Part shown: piece by piece, positions 1-7,806 of the stretch
Position numbering within the stretch: position 1 is the stretch's first letter
Layout of the letters: each line of letters opens with the position of its first letter
Assembly: GCA_963710955.1 (NCBI GenBank)
Contig: CAVQCK010000001.1
Coordinates: forward strand, 204,920 to 268,919
Length of the DNA: 64,000 bases
Source: an uncultured Actinomycetes bacterium
Lineage (GTDB): Bacteria > Actinomycetota > Thermoleophilia > Solirubrobacterales > 70-9
Direction: 5' to 3'
Notes under the pieces: model-generated
Told to the model about the DNA's origin: nothing
Database searches by the model: none
The model's input: only the letters and a program-made list of their open reading frames with translations
Program-made: the position numbers and the translations under genes

Positions 1-1342
1 CTCCGAACCCGCTCAAGACCAGGGTGTGGACCCCCGGCACCGCGAGCTCGAACTTCTGCTTGGTCCAGTGCAGGGTCATCAGCCCCACGTAGAGCGCGAC
101 CAGCCATAGGGCCCAGGTGATCCCCATGCGGATGCGACGCACGCTTGCGCTCTGCAGCAGCATGAGGCCGCCGAGCGTGCAGACGACCGTGGTGAGGCCG
201 ACGGCGTGGGTCTGCGCGTCGTCGAGGCTCCTGGTCCGAAGCGCGATGAAGTAGGTGATCACCGTCGCGATTGCGCACGCGAAGGCGACCGTCGGGCCGT
301 CGCCGAAGACTCCGGATGGCCAGCTGAGCGACGGCCTGAAGCTACGACGGCCCCGCGCGGGCACGGTCTCGGGTTCCACGACGGGCTGCAGCGCAACCTC
401 CGGCTCGGGCGCCGCGACCGGCTCCGGCTGGCTGTCCGAGGCGAGCCAGGTCATGTATCGGCTCACTCCCTCGCGGAGCGGCGTTGAGGCGCGCCAGCCG
501 AGCTCGCGCTCGGCCCGGCGGCTCGAGATCTCGGCCCCGTCGAAGTCGCCGTTGCGGCCCGGGGTGTAGACGATGTCGACGTCGCCGACCAGCTCCTGGA
601 CCGTCTCGGCGAGCTCGCGGATCGTGACCGTCGTGTCGCTCGCGAGGTTGTAGACGCGGTTGTCGGCGGCGTGGTCCAGTGCCTTGACCACGCCGTCCGC
701 GAGGTCCTCGACGTAGACGAAGCGGCGCCCCTGGCTGCCGTCGCCGGCGATCGTCAGGGACTCGCCCGCGAGGGCCTTGCGCACGAAGATCGGGATCACG
801 GCAGCGGGGCGGGCACGCGGCCCGTAGGGGATGCCGAAGCGCAGGATCGTGCATGACACGTCGTAGAGCTCCGCGTAGGAGGTGCAATACATCTCGCCTG
901 CGACCTTGCTTGCGGTGTACAGGTGCTTGGGGAGGCCGAGCAGCGTGTCCTCGTCGATCACGCCGTTGCCGTTTCCGTTGCCGGAGTCGCTGTAGGCCCA
1001 GATCGTGCTGCCGTAGATCACCCGGCCGATGCCGCTGGCCCTGGCCGCTTGGAGGACCATCAGGGTGCCGCGGGCGTTGACGCGCTCGGACTCCTCGGGC
1101 TGCTCGGCGACGATCCCCACATCAGCCGCAGCGGCAAGGTGGATCACCGCATCGCAGCCGTCCATTGCGTCCTCGATGGACCCGGCGTCGAGCAGGTCGC
1201 CGACGATCGTCGGGACCTCGTCGGGGTCGTGGTGGGGGGAGCGGCGCAGGTCGAAGACGACCGGCTCGTGGCCCGCCGCGAGCAGCTTGTCAACCACGTG
1301 CGAGCCGATGAACCCCGAACCGCCGGTCACCAGAACCTTCAT
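1..1342 (-). CDS. NAD-dependent epimerase/dehydratase with a C-terminal multi-pass membrane extension. It is partial: the 3' end runs off the window.
   Basis: The reverse-strand ATG at 1342 gives MKVLVTGGSGFIGSHVVDKLLAAGHEPVVFDL, a Rossmann GxxGxxG motif. My hand translation stays open to position 1, and the ORF is missing from the track. The last ~100 codons are hydrophobic (e.g. ITWALWLVALYVGLMTL). ATGA overlap with the stop of the upstream DegT gene. Confidence 0.75.
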   Translation of the reverse strand, partial: MKVLVTGGSGFIGSHVVDKLLAAGHEPVVFDLRRSPHHDPDEVPTIVGDLLDAGSIEDAMDGCDAVIHLAAAADVGIVAEQPEESERVNARGTLMVLQAARASGIGRVIYGSTIWAYSDSGNGNGNGVIDEDTLLGLPKHLYTASKVAGEMYCTSYAELYDVSCTILRFGIPYGPRARPAAVIPIFVRKALAGESLTIAGDGSQGRRFVYVEDLADGVVKALDHAADNRVYNLASDTTVTIRELAETVQELVGDVDIVYTPGRNGDFDGAEISSRRAERELGWRASTPLREGVSRYMTWLASDSQPEPVAAPEPEVALQPVVEPETVPARGRRSFRPSLSWPSGVFGDGPTVAFACAIATVITYFIALRTRSLDDAQTHAVGLTTVVCTLGGLMLLQSASVRRIRMGITWALWLVALYVGLMTLHWTKQKFELAVPGVHTLVLSGFG

Positions 1343-2382
1343 GACAGTCTCCCCTCGTCGGCGGCGCCGACCCCTGCCGGCTCCGGGCCGGCATCCATGC
1401 CGGCGTGGTAGTAGAGCGGCACGCACCAGTGGTTCTCGGCGACCCAGTCGCTGTTGGGCAGGACATCGCCGGTGCCCATGATCCGGTGGCACGGCTGGTC
1501 GTAGACCTTGCCGGTCGAGCGCTCGATCTCGTCGAAGACGATGTACTTGTAGAGGCCCGAGGTCATTCCCTGTGGGAGCCGCACCCGGTTCGGATACCGC
1601 GGGTCGAGCTCCTCGTGAGCGAAACGGTTCTTGGCGGCGACGATCTCATCCAGGCGCTCCGTCTGAACCAGCCCGATCGCAGCGGTGAACTCGTTGATCC
1701 GGAAATTGAGCCCGGCGACCTCGTGGTCCGGCTTGCCGTAGTTGCGAAACGCCCGGGCGTACTCGAGGAGCTCATCGTGGCGAGAGACGAGCATCCCACC
1801 CTCGCCGGTCGAAATCGTTTTCGTCGCGTAAAACGAGTAGGCGCCCGCGTCGCCGAAGCTGCCGGGCCGCCGGCCGTTCCAGTCGGCCCCGTGGGCGTGG
1901 GCGCAGTCCTCGAGCAGGAAGATCCCCTCGGAGCGGCAATAGTCGGCGATCCGCTCGGTCTCGAAGGCCAGATGGCCGCCGATGTGGACCAGCACGGCTG
2001 CCCGCGGCCTGTGCTCGCTCGCCTTCCGCTCGAAGTCTTCCGCGGACATGCAGAGGTCGTCGCGGTTGCAGTCGACGAACACCGGCCGGCCCCCGGCGCG
2101 GGTGATCGCGAGCGGCGTGGCCATGAAGGTGTTCGAAGGGCAGAGCACGGCTTCGCCCTCGACGCCGGCGAAGTCCAGCGCGGCGAGCGCCGCGCCCGTC
2201 CAGCCTCCGAAGGCGACCGAGCCCAGGCCGTTCCACCCGGCCCACGCGTCCTCGAAGCTGCTGGTCATCTCGCCCTCGGACCAGCGCTCCGAGGCGACGA
2301 TGTCGTCCCACAGATCGTGGAGCCGGGGAAGGTCGCGGCGATCGAACCCGATCGCGAACTGACTGTGGGCGCCGTCGGGCAT
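1339..2382 (-). CDS. DegT/DnrJ/EryC1/StrS-family PLP-dependent sugar aminotransferase
   Basis: 347-aa ORF with the family-typical YSFYATKTISTGEGGML motif (PLP lysine) and CAHAHGA. Confidence 0.9.
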   Translation of the reverse strand: MPDGAHSQFAIGFDRRDLPRLHDLWDDIVASERWSEGEMTSSFEDAWAGWNGLGSVAFGGWTGAALAALDFAGVEGEAVLCPSNTFMATPLAITRAGGRPVFVDCNRDDLCMSAEDFERKASEHRPRAAVLVHIGGHLAFETERIADYCRSEGIFLLEDCAHAHGADWNGRRPGSFGDAGAYSFYATKTISTGEGGMLVSRHDELLEYARAFRNYGKPDHEVAGLNFRINEFTAAIGLVQTERLDEIVAAKNRFAHEELDPRYPNRVRLPQGMTSGLYKYIVFDEIERSTGKVYDQPCHRIMGTGDVLPNSDWVAENHWCVPLYYHAGMDAGPEPAGVGAADEGRLS

Positions 2383-2533
2383 GGACTCAGGGAAGGGTCT
2401 CAGTCTTCGGGGAGGGCGAGTTGGGCTCAGGGGGCGACGTCGTGAAATTCCAGGCCCGCCGCGGACAGCAGCTTAGCCGCAAATCGTCAAACCGACCGGA
2501 ATTTTGCCTGTCGCGGCGCCCCGAATTTGCGCC

Positions 2534-3763
2534 CTAGAGCCCGAGCTGCTTGCCCAGGATCTCCTTCATGACCTCGTCGGTGCCGCCGCCGATGGGGCCG
2601 AGGCGGGCGTCGCGGACCGCGCGTTCGATGCCGTACTCGCGCATGTAGCCGTAGCCGCCGTGGATCTGCAGGCACTCGTCGGCGACCTCGAGCAGGGCAC
2701 GCTGGGTGAAGAGCTTCGCCATCGTCACCTCGCGCAGCGACCCCGCGGTCGCCTCGATCACCTTGCGCGGGTCGGCCTCGGTGGCGCTCGCGCCGTGCCC
2801 GGCGGCGAATGACCGCAATGCGCTGTAGGTCAGCGCCCGCGAGGCCTCGATCCGGGTCGCCATCTCGCCGAACTTGTGGCGGATCGCCTGGAAGCGGCCG
2901 ATCGGCCGGCCGAAGGCCTCGCGCTCCTTGGCGTAGGTGAGCGTCACGTCGAAGACCTTCTGCATCCCGCCCACGGCCCCGACCGCCATCGAGAGCCGCT
3001 CCCACTGGAAGTTGGCCATGATCAGGTAGAAGCCATCGTTCTCGACGCCGAGCAGGTTCTCCTCGGGCACCTCCACGTCGGTGAAGCTGAGCTCGCCCGT
3101 GTCGGAGGCGTGCCAGCCCATCTTCTCCAGCTTCCGGGAGACCTCGTAGCCGGGCATCTCGCGCTCGAGCACGAGGAAGGAGATGCCGTGGTGTCCGCCC
3201 GCCTCGGTGGTCTTGACGGCGCAGACGAGAAAGTCCGCCCGCACGCCGTTGGTGATGAAGGTCTTGGCGCCGTTGACGACGTAGCCGCCCGCCACCTTTC
3301 GCGCTGAGGTCCGCAGGCTCGCCACGTCCGATCCGGCGCCGGGCTCGGTGATCCCGAGCGCCCCGATGAGCTCGCCCTTGATGCCCGGCACGATCCAGCG
3401 CTCGCGCTGCTCGGAGGTGCCGAAGTTGAACACCGGCGGCATCGCGATCTGCGCGTGGGCGTTGAGGCCGGCCGCGACTCCGCCGGAGCCGCCGGCCCGC
3501 GAGAGCTCCTCGATCCAGACGGCGTCGTGGAGCAGGTCGCCGCCCTGGCCGCCGTAGCGCTCCGGGAACTTCAGGCCGAGGAAGCCGAGCTCGCCGCACC
3601 GGGCAAAGAGCTCCCGGGGGAACTCACGCGCCTCCTCCCACTCGTCGACGTGCGGGGCGACCTCGGCGGCGACGAAGCGGCCGACGCTCTCGCGGAGCTC
3701 CTCGTGCTCCTCGCCAAACGGGGGCAGGATCGCCCGCGCGCCCGTGTCCTTGACGACGCTCAC
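2534..3763 (-). CDS. Acyl-CoA dehydrogenase
   Basis: ACAD-like throughout (GLKFPERYGGQGGD, GITEPGAGSD, QIHGGYGYMREY). I trimmed the track ORF (to 4006) to the GTG at 3763. The upstream part is Arg/Pro-rich junk, and this GTG overlaps the stop of the SnoaL-like gene as GTGA. Confidence 0.9.
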   Translation of the reverse strand: MSVVKDTGARAILPPFGEEHEELRESVGRFVAAEVAPHVDEWEEAREFPRELFARCGELGFLGLKFPERYGGQGGDLLHDAVWIEELSRAGGSGGVAAGLNAHAQIAMPPVFNFGTSEQRERWIVPGIKGELIGALGITEPGAGSDVASLRTSARKVAGGYVVNGAKTFITNGVRADFLVCAVKTTEAGGHHGISFLVLEREMPGYEVSRKLEKMGWHASDTGELSFTDVEVPEENLLGVENDGFYLIMANFQWERLSMAVGAVGGMQKVFDVTLTYAKEREAFGRPIGRFQAIRHKFGEMATRIEASRALTYSALRSFAAGHGASATEADPRKVIEATAGSLREVTMAKLFTQRALLEVADECLQIHGGYGYMREYGIERAVRDARLGPIGGGTDEVMKEILGKQLGL

Positions 3764-4125
3764 TCGCCTTCCATCGTGGTGTAGCCGCGGCCCTCGAAGT
3801 CGAAGCCGAGCAGGTCGCCGCGCGGGTTCTTCGCGTCGCCGTGGTGGTAGGCGCGGACCTCGGCGATCTTCCCGTCCTGGATGCGAAACCACTCCGTGCC
3901 GCGGTTCAGGCGCCGCTCGCCCGACTTCGGATCGCGCCAGGTCATCGTCCACTCGATCACGACCTCGTCGCCGCTCGGGCTCTCGATCCCGTGCTCCAGC
4001 CACCATTGGCCGTCGACCTGGTCAACGCCCCATTTCGCGTTCTCGGCGATCGCCCGCGCGCCCTCGTGCGGGCCGAGTCGCGTGTAGTAGTGGGTCGCGT
4101 CGTCGGTGAAGTGCGACGCCACCAA
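3760..4125 (-). CDS. SnoaL-like / NTF2-fold small protein
   Basis: 121-aa ORF with high GC3. Composition and length fit the SnoaL/ketosteroid-isomerase-like fold. Translationally coupled to the downstream ACAD. Confidence 0.55.
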   Translation of the reverse strand: MVASHFTDDATHYYTRLGPHEGARAIAENAKWGVDQVDGQWWLEHGIESPSGDEVVIEWTMTWRDPKSGERRLNRGTEWFRIQDGKIAEVRAYHHGDAKNPRGDLLGFDFEGRGYTTMEGE

Positions 4126-4207
4126 GTCGACGTCGCCCGTGTTCAGGGCCTCGTAGTAGGAGCGGATGTGGTCGAGGGAGCTCAGGCCGACGATTGTCCC
4201 CGATTCC

Positions 4208-4825
4208 TCACCGGGAGCCGAACCCGGTCGGGGTGCGCTCGAGCTCGTGGCGGTTCACCACCCGGTCGGCCAGCCCGTATTCGACCGCCTCGGCGGCGGT
4301 GAAGAAGCGGTCGCGCTCCATGTCGTCGTGGACCTCGGCGACCGGACGACCTGTGTGGTGGGCGTAGATCTCGTCGATGCGGCGGCGCAGGGCGAGGACC
4401 TCCCGGGCGTGGATGTCGATGTCGGTCGACTGGCCCTCGAAGCCGCCCGAGGGCTGGTGGATGAGGATCTTGGAGTTCGGGAGCGCCATCCGCTTGCCCT
4501 CCGCGCCGCCGGCGAGGAGGAGGGCGCCCATGGACATCGCGATGCCGAAGGAGATCGTCTGGACGCCGGGCTTCACGTACTGCATCGCGTCGTAGATGGC
4601 GAGCCCTGCGTAGACGGCTCCGCCCGGGGAGTTGATGTACAGCGAGATGTCCTTGTCGGGGTCGTCGGCCTCGAGGTGGAGGATCTGGGCGACGATCAGG
4701 TTGGCGATCTCGTCGTCGACCGGCTGGCCGAGGAAGACGATCCGCTCGCCGAGGAGGCGGGAGTAGATGTCGTAGGAGCGCTCGCCGCGGGCGGTCTGCT
4801 CGACGACCATCGGGATCAGCGCCAT
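4208..4825 (-). CDS. clpP: ATP-dependent Clp protease proteolytic subunit
   Basis: Near-consensus ClpP sequence ([41 protein letters not shown]). GAAGGAGG Shine-Dalgarno upstream. Confidence 0.95.
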   Translation of the reverse strand: MALIPMVVEQTARGERSYDIYSRLLGERIVFLGQPVDDEIANLIVAQILHLEADDPDKDISLYINSPGGAVYAGLAIYDAMQYVKPGVQTISFGIAMSMGALLLAGGAEGKRMALPNSKILIHQPSGGFEGQSTDIDIHAREVLALRRRIDEIYAHHTGRPVAEVHDDMERDRFFTAAEAVEYGLADRVVNRHELERTPTGFGSR

Positions 4826-4849
4826 CGGAACCTCCTTCGTTGCTAAAGT

Positions 4850-4865
4850 GCAACCGTGCGGTTGC
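4850..4865. promoter_or_regulatory. Perfect palindrome GCAACC-GTGC-GGTTGC in the clpP / SRPBCC-ArsR divergent region; candidate ArsR-family operator
   Basis: Read directly from the sequence. Additional GTTGC half-sites lie at about 4840 and about 4901, and a CTTTGAG / CTCAAAG inverted pair is nearby. Confidence 0.3.
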
Positions 4866-4929
4866 TCTTTGAGCGAGGCTAGCAGAAGCGCAACTCAAAG
4901 GTTGCGAACCATCGAGAGCGGAGGACCAG

Positions 4930-5334
4930 ATGGACGATGAGCGGCAAGAGGTCGAGCGGGAGACGGTCCTGGACGCCCCGGCCGAGGAGGTCTGGGAGGC
5001 CCTGACCGACGAGCGGCTGCTCGGCGAGTGGCTTGCCGACGAGGCTGAGCTGGACCCCGAGCCCGGCGGCCGTGCCAGCTTCCGTTTCGCCGACGGCACA
5101 GAGAAGGAGGGAACGGTCCTGCGCGTGGAGGAGGAGCGCGAGCTGGCGTTCACATGGGCGCGGCCCGGGGAGCCCGAGACGGAGGTAGAGCTGACGCTGG
5201 TCCCGCTGGTCAGCGGCACCCGGCTCGTCGTCGTGGAGCGCGCCGGCGCCGCGACGCCTATGGCGCTCGCCGGGAGCGCGTGGGGAACCCGCCTCTCCGC
5301 CCTTCGACACGCGCTCTCACTGGTCCTCGCCTAG
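4930..5334 (+). CDS. SRPBCC / AHSA1-like domain protein
   Basis: 134-aa ORF with GGAGGA Shine-Dalgarno. The pairing with a downstream ArsR regulator is typical for this family. Confidence 0.7.
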   Translation: MDDERQEVERETVLDAPAEEVWEALTDERLLGEWLADEAELDPEPGGRASFRFADGTEKEGTVLRVEEERELAFTWARPGEPETEVELTLVPLVSGTRLVVVERAGAATPMALAGSAWGTRLSALRHALSLVLA

Positions 5335-5645
5335 TGGCGGTAGACGCGGTCTTCGCGGCGCTCGCCGACCCGACGCGCCGCCGGATGGTCGAGACGCTGG
5401 CCGGCGGCTCGACGGTCACCGCGAGCGGGCTTGCGGCCGAGCTGCCGATCACACGACAGGCGGTGGCCAAGCACCTCGCCGCCCTGCGCCGTGCCCGCCT
5501 CGTGAATACGAAGCGGGTCGGGCGCGAGACGCGCTACAGCCTCGACGCGGAGCCGCTCGGCGACGCGGCTCGCTGGATCGCGACAGTGGGCGCCGAGTGG
5601 GACCAGCGGCTGGCCGACCTCGGTCGGTTGCTCGAGCGACGCTAG
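5334..5645 (+). CDS. ArsR/SmtB-family transcriptional regulator
   Basis: FAALADPTRRRMVETLAGGSTVTASGLAAELPITRQAVAKHLAALRRARLV is a winged-HTH. The GTG at 5334 overlaps the upstream TAG stop. The track ORF start (5154) lies inside the preceding gene. Confidence 0.85.
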   Translation: MAVDAVFAALADPTRRRMVETLAGGSTVTASGLAAELPITRQAVAKHLAALRRARLVNTKRVGRETRYSLDAEPLGDAARWIATVGAEWDQRLADLGRLLERR

Positions 5646-5716
5646 GGCTTAAGGCCGTAGGAATGGCCGATGAATCACCTGCGGACGGCTTCGCCGGCCT
5701 TACACATGCTGCTTTC

Positions 5717-5730
5717 GGGGCTAAAGCCCC
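5717..5730. terminator. Short GC hairpin GGGGC-TAAA-GCCCC between the convergent ArsR and ACAD genes
   Basis: Seen in sequence. There is no U-tract, so support is weak. Confidence 0.25.
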
Positions 5731-5740
5731 TCACCACATG

Positions 5741-6943
5741 TCATAGGCCGTACGAACGGCCTATGACATCCAGCATGATCTCGTCGGTGCCCGCGCCGAT
5801 GCGGTTGAGGCGCACGTCGCGGTAGGCCCGCTCGATCTCGTACTCCTTCATGTAGCCGTAGCCTCCGAGGATCTGGACGCACTCGTCGGCTACCTCGCAG
5901 GCCATGCGCGACGTGAAGAGCTTCACCTCGGTGATCTCGCGCACGGGGTACTCGCCGTTGGCGTAGCGCCACGAGACCACGTAGTTGAACTGCTTCGCCG
6001 CCTCGATCTTGGTGGCCATGTCCGCGAACTTGTGGCGGATCGCCTGGAAGCGGCCGATCGGCCGGCCGAAGGCCTCGCGCTCCTTGGCGTAGGCCAGCGT
6101 CTTCTCGAACATCCGCTCGGCGCCGGCGACGCAGCCGGCGGCGGCCACCATCCGCTCGCTCTGGAGCTCCCAGGAGATGTGGTAGAAGCCCTTCCCGATC
6201 TCGCCCAGCACCGCGTCGGCGGGGACGCGGACCTCGTTGAACGAGAGCTCGCCGGTGTCGGAGGAGTGCATGCCCATCTTCTCGAGCTTCCTCGAGACCT
6301 CGAAGCCGGGCACGTGGTTGCCGTCGTCGTCACGCAGGTCGACCAGGAACAGGGTGATGCCCTCGTGGCGGGCGTCGGGGTCGGTCTTCGCCACCAGGAG
6401 GATGAAGTCGGCGCGAGCGCCGTTCGTGATGAAGGTCTTCGACCCCGTGATCACGTACTCGTCGCCGTCGCGGATCGCCTTGGTGCGGATTCCTGCGACG
6501 TCGGAGCCGGCGCCGGGCTCGGTGATCCCCAGGCAGCCGATCTTCTCGCCCTTGATGCCGGGGACCAGGTAGCGCTGCTTCTGCTCCTCGGTGCCCAGCA
6601 GGTGGACGGGGGGGAGGACCATGTCGGTCTGGACGGCGAAGCCCATGTTGGTGCCGCCGGAGCCTGAGTGGCTCATGCACTCGGCGCGCACGATCGAGTA
6701 GTAGTAGTCGCCGCCCTGCCCGCCGTACTCCTCCGGGAAGCAGAGGCCGAGGAACCCGAGCTCGCCGGCGCGCCGCATGGCCTCGTTCGGCCAGGTGGTC
6801 TCCTCCCACTCGTTGCGGTGTGGCCACAGCTCCTTCTTCACCCACGCCTCCATCGATTCGCGCAGGTCCTCGTGCTCGTCGGTGAAGAGGAGGTGCTTGC
6901 GGGTTCCCTCGTGCTGGGGCTTGATGACGGTCGCTGCTTCCAC
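5741..6943 (-). CDS. Acyl-CoA dehydrogenase (second copy)
   Basis: 400-aa ORF with ACAD motifs (GLCFPEEYGGQGGD, GITEPGAGSD, QILGGYGYMKEY). AAGGAG Shine-Dalgarno 8 nt upstream of the GTG start. Confidence 0.9.
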   Translation of the reverse strand: MEAATVIKPQHEGTRKHLLFTDEHEDLRESMEAWVKKELWPHRNEWEETTWPNEAMRRAGELGFLGLCFPEEYGGQGGDYYYSIVRAECMSHSGSGGTNMGFAVQTDMVLPPVHLLGTEEQKQRYLVPGIKGEKIGCLGITEPGAGSDVAGIRTKAIRDGDEYVITGSKTFITNGARADFILLVAKTDPDARHEGITLFLVDLRDDDGNHVPGFEVSRKLEKMGMHSSDTGELSFNEVRVPADAVLGEIGKGFYHISWELQSERMVAAAGCVAGAERMFEKTLAYAKEREAFGRPIGRFQAIRHKFADMATKIEAAKQFNYVVSWRYANGEYPVREITEVKLFTSRMACEVADECVQILGGYGYMKEYEIERAYRDVRLNRIGAGTDEIMLDVIGRSYGL

Positions 6944-6992
6944 GTTGGGGCTCCTTGTCGACGCTTGCGGCGGGTCGGTGCCCGCAGCATAG

Positions 6993-7020
6993 AGTATTAC
7001 TTCATACTTTGTGCTAGGGT
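6993..7020 (+). promoter_or_regulatory. AT-rich inverted repeat AGTAT-N6-ATACT followed by a TAGGGT -10 box 6 nt before the GTG at 7027. Candidate leaderless promoter and operator of the hydratase-to-MerR operon.
   Basis: Inverted repeat at 6993-7008 and TAGGGT at 7015-7020. The six-nt gap to the start codon fits leaderless geometry. Confidence 0.35.
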
Positions 7021-7026
7021 GGCGCC

Positions 7027-7806
7027 GTGGCGGAGGATTTGGTCCTTTACGAGGTGAGCGACGGGGTCGCGACCGTGACCCTGAACGACCCCGAGAAGCG
7101 CAATCGCCTCTCGGGCGAGATGCTCACCCAGCTGGTCGCCGCGATCAAGCGCGCGGGCGAGGACAACGAGGCCCGGGCGGTCGTCCTGACCGGGGCCGGG
7201 AAGGCGTTCTGCGCCGGTGCCGACCTCGGCGGATTCGGCTCCGACGCGGCGACGATCGAAAAGCACTTCGGCACCGACCTCTTCCTCGAGTTCTTTCGCC
7301 TGATGCCGCGGCTCGGCAAGCCGACGCTCTGCGCGGCCAACGGCCACGTGGTCGCCGGCGGGATGGGCCTGGCGCTGTCCTGCGACCTCGTGATCGCGAA
7401 AGAGGGCGCCGACTTCTGGACGCCCGAGATCAACATCGGCGCGTTCCCCTACATGATCATGTCGATCATCTACCGAAACGTTCCGCGCAAGAAGGTCAAC
7501 GAGATGATCCTGCTCGGCGACCGCGTCTCCGGCGACGACCTGGTCGCCTACGGCCTCGCCAACAAGGTCGTCCCCGAGGACGAGTTCGACGACGCGGTCG
7601 CCGATTGGGCCGGGCGCCTCGCGTCGAAGAGCCCGGTGCTGATGCGCCTCGGCCACGACGCCATGTACCGCCAGCAGGACATGGCTCTCGACGACGCCCT
7701 CGAATACCTGCGCTCCCAGCTCTCACTGACGTTCACGACCGAGGACATCGTCGAGGGCGCCCAGGCGTTCTTTGAAAAGCGCGAGCCACAGTGGAAGGGG
7801 CGCTGA
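7027..7806 (+). CDS. Enoyl-CoA hydratase/isomerase (crotonase) family protein
   Basis: 259 aa. VVLTGAGKAFCAGADL and the GHVVAGGMGLALSCDL oxyanion-hole region. Confidence 0.9.
   Translation: MAEDLVLYEVSDGVATVTLNDPEKRNRLSGEMLTQLVAAIKRAGEDNEARAVVLTGAGKAFCAGADLGGFGSDAATIEKHFGTDLFLEFFRLMPRLGKPTLCAANGHVVAGGMGLALSCDLVIAKEGADFWTPEINIGAFPYMIMSIIYRNVPRKKVNEMILLGDRVSGDDLVAYGLANKVVPEDEFDDAVADWAGRLASKSPVLMRLGHDAMYRQQDMALDDALEYLRSQLSLTFTTEDIVEGAQAFFEKREPQWKGR

Noticed and set aside
206-1481. Several 60-180-aa track ORFs between 206 and 1481
   Set aside because: They overlap the edge-truncated epimerase gene on the minus strand (start 1342), which explains the whole region.
2444-2504. AAATTCC ... GGAATTT inverted pair and GAATTT(T)GC direct repeat upstream of the DegT gene
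   Set aside because: The arms are only 7 bp and 47 nt apart in a modestly AT-richer spacer, which is compatible with chance. There is no associated regulator.
4208-4825. A single clpP gene without clpX or a second clpP as an anomaly
   Set aside because: Partner genes can be encoded elsewhere. The sequence is a normal, intact ClpP with its catalytic residues.
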